A program made the position numbers and the translations under genes. From Eledone cirrhosa (Eukaryota): a stretch of DNA of 64,000 bases. Under the pieces are notes generated by a model. The model saw only the letters and a program-made list of their open reading frames with translations. It did not search any database and was not told the origin of the DNA. Positions 56,263 through 64,000 of this stretch are shown here, piece after piece (the stretch's first letter is position 1; the number at the start of each line of letters is the position of its first letter). Location of the stretch: positions 45,012,001 to 45,076,000 of the forward strand of contig OZ024743.1 of the NCBI GenBank assembly GCA_964016885.1, in the 5' to 3' direction.

Positions 56263-57823
56263 AAAATAATTAGCAGCTCTCTATTTTATAGTTTATCAGC
56301 TCTCGACCACCATCACAAATCATTTTCTTTCTTTTACAAAAGAGATTGTAACCACACAATAACATAAAATATGTGGTAAATCTGTAAACTGTCGTGTTTA
56401 TCTTACTTTACTTTTGTTTTCCTTATTTTGTCTCTACCTTGCATTGTATTGGCTTTCCCAAAACAAATTAGTATTTAATTCAGTATTTCTCGATGGTGTG
56501 TTGCTTCGCTCTGGGCTTGAACATTTTGCAAAATAATTACCTTCTTCATTTGAGTTCACTCAGTTATCAACCATATTTGATATGACTGGAGAAACTGAAA
56601 TAATAAATAACAAATTTAATAACATTTATTATATTATGAAAATTAAAAGAAAAAGAAAAACAAAACTTACTGAACTCCATTAAATTTTGAGAAGATAATT
56701 CTTTATTATTTGTCATTTTTATTCCAATAACATGAAATAAAATTTACAAAAGCCCCAGTCTTTTTCTAAGTGTTATTTTAAACACTAAGCTGTTTCAGTA
56801 CAAAATGCAAACTTTATCTGAGCAATAGTTAACTCTTTAAAACATATCTTACATATTACATTAATATAAAATGATGCAAACTAAGAGCATATGAGACAAT
56901 ATGTTTACAAACATATCATTCTTGATGCTGATGATCATTAGAAATGTGGAACGAAATGTACTTCCGTCGGTTTCGACGATAGGTGTTCCAATTGTTTTAT
57001 CAACGGAATTGCTTGCTCATAAGTTTAACGATCTTTCTATAGATACGTGTACCCTTAACATAAATGCAGAGAGATTCATCGTGATGCAGTTTTATACAGG
57101 TCTGGTTCATTGAATTACTGGCACATGCAATTGAACGGTTTTTCAAATAGTTTTCGTATATTCAATTTCACTCATAAGTCTTTGGTCGAACCGATGTTAG
57201 GGTAAATGACACTTGCCACGCAGTAAGATCGAACCCGAAATCTTATGATTGCGAAACAAACAACTTAAGCCTGCATCCATGTTATAAATGTGACATGTGA
57301 TGGAAACTTTGTTGCAGCTCACTCTTTCTAGTTTTGGTCAACTCAACTCTCAACCAGAACCTTAAAGCTTCTACAAGTTGTAGCGGAAGATCTCAAATTA
57401 TCTAATGGTTTCGCCTGCCCTTTATAACATAAGTACAGTTCAGACTAGCCGTCCTTTTTAGCTATGATAAATCGAACTCATTACACTCTGTAAAGCAGCT
57501 TGAGATAGGAAAGATATACAACTGTAGAAAGCCTGCTAGACAAAGAGTTGAGATGTTTTAATTATATCAAAGACATAACAACCTCTGTAATGCTGCTAAC
57601 AGGTAAAATTTACGATGTGCACGTTGCAAAATACAGAAATAAATGTAAGCAGGATATGCCTCCCTCACGACAAGAAAAAAAGAGAGATTGTATCGAAGTG
57701 TCAAATCATTGTTTCTCACATGACGTATCATACTTCTGAACTTAGAACGAGATAGGAAATGCATTATGTGTGGACATGTGTAGCTTTTTTGCGTATAAAA
57801 TTTGAAGAATTACAGACTGAGAT

Positions 57824-58517
<694 letters not shown>

Positions 58518-58522
58518 ATATT

Positions 58523-58572
<50 letters not shown>

Positions 58573-58637
58573 TTTATCCTGGGTTCAATCGGGGGTAACC
58601 ACAGTAAGTAAGATACTCAATACAAAGCAGAGTATAA

Positions 58638-58811
58638 AAGTTTTAATATAGATGAGATTCTACAGGACTAGAACTGTTTCATTCTTTAGAAATCATCAAG
58701 AATCTGGGTATCAAAAAATAATATATTTATTTTTTGATACCCAGATTCCTGATGATTTCTAAAGAATGAAACAGTTCTAGTCCTGTAGAATCTCATCTAT
58801 ATTAAAACTTA
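58638..58811. mobile_element. Near-perfect palindrome (~84-bp arms) carrying a hammerhead
   Basis: Arms differ only at 58699; a related partial copy lies at ~54835-54877. Confidence 0.9.
58744..58792 (+). ncRNA. Canonical type I hammerhead ribozyme
   Basis: gattc-CTGATGA-tttc taaa gaat-GAAA-cag ttctagtc ctg-TA-gaatc; GUA triplet. Confidence 0.85.
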
Positions 58812-58899
58812 TATATATATATCATAATAATGCGCCACGTCTGTTTGTATATTTACCCATTTCTGAATGAGAGTGGCTACGCTCTTGAACGGCATGTGT

Positions 58900-59130
58900 T
58901 TGCCTCTTCAGGGACCGAGGTGCAAGCCCACCAACTTTTCCGTGTTTAGTTTTGCTCCCGTCAATTTTTCATATTCCCCCAAGAAGGTGCCAACCACCTC
59001 AATTTCCGAGGTGTTCGAGACAATCACGGTGATGTTGTCCGCATGTGCCGACACATCCTTTCCACGCCCCGGTAACAGATCCAGCTTCCAGTAAAGGCTC
59101 GGGAGTCAATACGTACAGGAGAGAGGAAAG
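58900..59130 (-). pseudogene. L1/Tx1-clade RT fragment
   Basis: LLYVLTPEPLL (frameshift) KL..VSAHADNITVIVS..EYEKLTGAKLNTEK..GLHLG, a decayed YADD region. Confidence 0.7.
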
Positions 59131-59619
59131 TTGGTGTTGTTGTTGTCGCTGTTGCAGTTGGTGTTGTTCTTAGTGCAGTTAGTGTTGTTGTTTTTAATTA
59201 CGTTGTTGCTCTTTGGGGTTGTTGTTGGCGTTGTATTCTTCACTTGTTTCGTTGTGGCTATTGGTGCTGTTGTTGTTGGCTGTGTTCCTAATGTGTTGTT
59301 CCATGTTGCGTTTGTAATGTTTTTTTTTTTAGTGTCCACAATGGTTCTTGTTGATGTTATGGTATCCCCACTCTCAACCTTTGAGTCGCCGTCACGAGGC
59401 GGTATATTCAATGTTAGTTCAAGCCTCGACCATGTTTTTATTTTTTTTTTTTTTTAAGAAAAATAAAACATGAAGTTAAAACGTCCAAATATTTGAGCCA
59501 AAAGACAGGTCAAAGACGGAAGTAATAAGAACGTTTTGCAAAAAAATATAACAATTACTATAAATGAAAATGCACTAGCCTCCGGAATCCGCAAAGAACA
59601 TGTCTGACAGCCAATAAAA

Positions 59620-60395
59620 ATAATTGTTTCTACTATAGGCACAAGGCCAGCAATTACTCAGTAGATTACTGGTACTTTATTTTATCGACCCCGTAAGGAT
59701 GAAAGGCAAAGTTAACCTCAGTGGGATTTGAACTCAGAATGGCAAGGGCCGTAACTCTATGCCTCAAAGCATGGCGTCCGACCCTCTACCGATACTGCCA
59801 ATCGACAGCCAATAATAATAATGGTTTCTTATATAGGCACGAGGCCACCATTTTAATAATTGTTTCTACTTCTGGCACAAGGCCAGCATTTACCCCAGTG
59901 CATTACTGGTACTTTATTTTATCGACCCCGTAAAGATGAAAGGCAAAGTTGACTTCAGCGAGATGCTATGCCGCTAAGCTTCTTGTCCGACGCTTTAATA
60001 ATGGTTTCTTATTTAGGAACAAGGCCAGCAATTTTGGAGGAGGGGAAAGTCGATTAAATCGACCCCAGTGCGTGACTATTACTTTATTTTATCGACCTCG
60101 TAAGGATGAAAGGCAATGTTAACTTCGGTAGGATTTGAACTCATAACGTAAAAGACCCTAACTCGATGCAACTAAGCTTCTTGTCCGACACGTTGATAAT
60201 AATAATAATAATTGTTCTACTTTTGGCACAAGGCCAACAATTATTCCAGTGTATTACTGGTGCTTTATTCTATCGACCCCGTAAGGATGAAAGGCAAAGT
60301 TAACCTCGGCGGGATTTGAACTCAGACCATAAAGGGCCGTAACTCTTTGCTGTAAAGCATGGCCTCAGACCCTCTAACGATACTGCCAATCCACA
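59620..60395 (-). mobile_element. Cluster of four SINE copies in the same orientation
   Basis: Copies at about 59620-59803, 59858-59995, 60003-60190 and 60210-60393 all carry the cgaccccgtaaggatgaaaggcaaag core. Confidence 0.88.
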
Positions 60396-60419
60396 TAATA
60401 ATAAATGATATTGTATTTT

Positions 60420-61240
60420 GGTTGTTGTAGTGGCTATGTGGCAACATGTGTCCAGTCGCAATTTTCACTGTGTCACGCCCCTAACGTATTGTTATTACTC
60501 TCAGCTATAATTTATCGATTTATCGATATCACCTCATTGAGAGCTATGGGCCAACCGTAGAAGATTGATTTCGAAAACTGCTAATCGCAGTTGCAAGTTT
60601 GATTTTACTCACTATTATTATTATATTCTCGGGTCGATAAAATAAAGTACCAGTAATGTACTTGGTAATTGCTGGCCTTGTGCCAAAAGTAGAAACAATT
60701 ATTATTATTTTCTCCTAGCTTTTATAATTAATTAATTAATTGATTAATTGAATGATTAATTATTTATTGGCTGTTTGATAAGCTAGTTGAGAGCTGATTT
60801 TAGAGGCTGTGAATAAATTCCTTTGTTCACACATTTGCATTTGCCCACCAAAGCCCGGATGTGAATCTTCCTCTTTTCTTGAGAAAGAACACGTGACCCC
60901 ACTGCCAAAGTTACGAGACCTACACTCCAAGTTGTGTAACATGCAAGTTAGTAATGCATCCTCAGATGGAACCAGGATATCCCTTTCTCAACAGGCGTTT
61001 CATTCCGTATTCCCAGAAACCAATCGATCAGATCCATTTTTGTCTTTAACCTGTTTAAATTTCGTTGTTGTAGTAGCTATTGGCAACATGTCTCCGGTAG
61101 CAATTTTCGCTGTCACACCCCTGAGCTATAATTTATTGACTTATCGATATTACCTCATTGAGTGATTTGTGCCAGCCCTAGGAGATTGATTTCTAAAAAT
61201 GCTAATCGCAGCTGCAACTTCGATTTTACTCATTATTATT
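60420..61240. repeat. Dispersed ~190-bp duplicate (60420-60620 and 61064-61240), each ending in (TTA)n, with a SINE half at 60629-60710
   Basis: gttgttgtagt.gctat..ggcaacatgt...gattttactca.tattatt occurs twice. Confidence 0.65.
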
Positions 61241-61242
61241 AT

Positions 61243-61420
61243 TTGGCAGTGTCGGTAGAGGGTTGGACGCCATGCTTTCTAGCATAGTTACGTCCCTTTA
61301 CGATCTGAGTTCAAATCCCGCCGAGGTTAACTTTGCCTTTCATTCTTACGGGGTCGATAAAATAAAGTACTAGTAATGTACTGGGTAATTGCTGGCCTTG
61401 TGCCTAAAGTAGAAACAATT
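61243..61420 (+). mobile_element. tRNA-derived SINE, full length
   Basis: Same family as 11039-11222. Confidence 0.9.
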
Positions 61421-64000
61421 ATTATTATTATTATTATTACAGTTGCATTTATCTTGCTTTATGTTCATACGAGTTATCACCAAGTCCCAACCAGTGACCT
61501 CAAGGGACAACAAGGTCCGCCATGATCAAGAAAGAACATACATACTCACACATACATCTTTAGGTGTTTAGACTTGTGATGTACTTTTATTGACAGAATC
61601 TTCCTTAGTATATGGCTAGTTCCCATTAGTACTATCTTTTGTATTTCTCCTATACCCGGGTTTCCTGGGATTTGCGATAAGTAATCATTAGACCCCTTAG
61701 GTATCATTCCTAGAGAGCCTACAACCACTGGTATTGTTTTAGTTCTGAATTTCCACATTTTTCCAATTTCTATCTCCAGGTCCTTATACTTGCTCAATTT
61801 TTCAAATGTTTTTATAGATACATTCTTGTCTATTGGAACGGATATATCAATTAGCAGGCATACCCTCTTTTTAAAGTCCTTCAGTATTATATCAGGTCTA
61901 TTTGCATCTATTTTTCGGTCTGTTTGGATGCTAAAGTTCCACAAGATTGAGATGTGATCTTTTTCAAGTATGGGAGGTGGTTGATGCTCCCACCAATTCT
62001 TTTGATGGGGCAGGTCAAAATGCTTACACATTATCCAATGTATGTATTGTGCAGCTCTGTTATGCCTGTTTAGGTATTCGGTTGGAGCTATAGGACTGCA
62101 CATTGAAATTATATGGTCAATGGTCGCTGGTTGTTTTTTGCATACACGGCATAATGGGCTGCATCCATTTTTTATTATGTTGGCTTGGTAATATTTTGTT
62201 GGCAGGCACTGATCTTGTGCTGATATAATCAGTCCTTCAGTCTCCGATTTCAGTCCAGAGGATGCCAACTACTGATGGGTTAAAGTTTTGTCAACATCAG
62301 GATTGTTAGCTCGTTCTGGGTATTTTCCATACAGAGGCTTTTCTTGCCAGTTTCTGTAGCAGTTCTTTCTTTGCAGTTACTTTTACCTGCTTTGCTTTTT
62401 CTGTGTTTTCCATTTCAGCAGTAAATGGGACTTCTGAAATTTGTAGTCCACTACTGATTCTTTGTGCATCTTTTGTAATGGAATATGATCTTTTGATGCT
62501 TTCGTGTTTCAAAACGAGTTTGATCATCCAATCATGTGATTCTCTTAGATATGTAGATAATCCAATTGTTGCAGTTTTCAACGCAATGTCTAACAGGATT
62601 AACCCACGTCCTCCTTCTTTCCTAGGGAGATATATTCTATCTGTATCTGCCTTAGGGTGGTGCATTCTGTGCATGGTTAAGAATTTTCGAATTTTTGTAT
62701 CGAGCCTACGGATCTCTGTGCTTGACCAGTTGATGACATTGTAACTGTAGGTTACTACTGGTATGGCAAGCGTGTTTATGGCATCTATCCTATTCCTTGC
62801 ATTCAATTCCGTTCTTAAGATTGCTCTTACTCTGCGGTAACATTCCTTCCTTATCCTTTCCCTCATTGTCGAGTGCTTGATTCCGTCTCCTTCACAAACA
62901 CCTAGATATTTGTAAGTTTCCTCTTGATCAAGTTCTCTTTTCACATTCCCTCGATCAAGATTAATGTCTGAACTCTTCAGCAGCTTTCCTCTGGTGAACG
63001 TTTCTTTGGCGCATTTATCTAGTCCAAACTCCATTTTAATGTCATCACTGAACTGCTCCACAATGGCTAATAGCCCTTGCAATTGTTAATCATTTTTTGC
63101 AAATAGTTTCAGGTCATCCATGTAGAACAAGTGATTAATGGTTTTGTCATAAACTTTATATCCATGTTTTGTTTCATTGAGCATTTTACTTAATGGTATA
63201 AGTGCGATGCAGAATAAAAGCGGTGATAAAGAGTCACCCTGAAAAATTCCACAATTAATATTAACTCCTCCAGCTTCCAGTGATTTTGTTTCACTATTCA
63301 AAAGGAGAGTTGTTTTCCATGTCTTCATACTGAACGACAAAAACCTCCTGACAACGGGAGATATTTTGAAAATCTCTAAACATTTTTCAATCGAACTGTG
63401 TGGCAAACTATCGAATACTTTTTTATAATCTATCCAAGCAATTGATAGATTTTTGTGTCTATTATGACAATCTTCCAGTAGCATTTTGTTAACCAAAAGC
63501 TGATCCTTACAGCCATATGAGACTCGTTTACACCCTTTCTGCTCAATGGGAAATAGGTCATTTGTTATCAGGTGGTCATATGTATATTCAGTTAGGACTG
63601 ATGTTAACATTTTATACATTGTGGTCAAGCAAGTTATCGGTCTGTAATTTTGGGGATTGTTTGTCTCATCATTCTTCGGAAGCAGGAATGTAATGCCGTT
63701 AACTAGCCATGATGGTATCTTTTCTGGCTCCTTAACTATTTAATTGTAAAGGTGGGATAACAGCTCATGATACTCTGTGAAGGCATTTATCCAAAAATTT
63801 TGTATTTTGTCTTTTCCTGGGGATTTCCATTTGCTGGTTTTTCTAAGAGTCAAACGCAACTGTTCCACTGTTATATTTTCCCATATTTGTTCCTCAAGGT
63901 GAGCTGTATCTTTCCTTTGTCTGTCTATCCATGGGGCATGTATATTATGAACTTTTTCTTCGACCCAAATCTTTTCCCAGAATTCTTGCACTTCCTCCTT
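61421..64000 (-). mobile_element. R4/Dong-clade non-LTR retrotransposon (RT, CCHC finger, restriction-like endonuclease), running off the window end
   Basis: KSPGKD, NYRPITCL, EQKGC, WIDYKKVFDS, GIFQGDSLSP, HLFYMDDLK, YKYLG, ETEGLIISAQDQ, CRVC..HIISMC, RPDII..IDISVP..EKLSKY; (TAA)n tail; two in-frame stops and one frameshift. Confidence 0.92.

Noticed and set aside
59106-59457. Membrane protein or mucin-like gene
   Set aside because: Decayed (GTT)n-rich sequence abutting an L1/Tx1 RT fragment; no gene structure

Overview
AT-rich, microsatellite-saturated eukaryotic (animal) DNA with no clearly supportable host protein-coding gene. The SINE set and repeat landscape suggest a cephalopod such as an octopod (inference). 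Nearly all ORF-track entries are microsatellite artefacts. The real coding content is decayed retroelements: three Naiad-type Penelope-like elements (PLEs), one near-complete C-rich Neptune-type PLE, an R4/Dong-clade LINE, CRE-clade, RTE and L1/Tx1 fragments. There are also a deleted mariner, Helitron-like and hAT-like MITEs and many tRNA-derived SINEs. The most striking signal is roughly 25 hand-folded type-I hammerhead ribozyme motifs from about ten distinct sequence families. Most sit in short non-coding fold-back (palindromic) or tandem elements inserted in (TA)n tracts. They include covarying stems, non-canonical cores (UUGAUAA; CAGAAGA fixed across five copies), palindromic stem III sequences, one element whose 5' end coincides with the predicted cleavage site, and arm-asymmetric core mutations. 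All ribozyme calls are by-eye folds, not computed or assayed.
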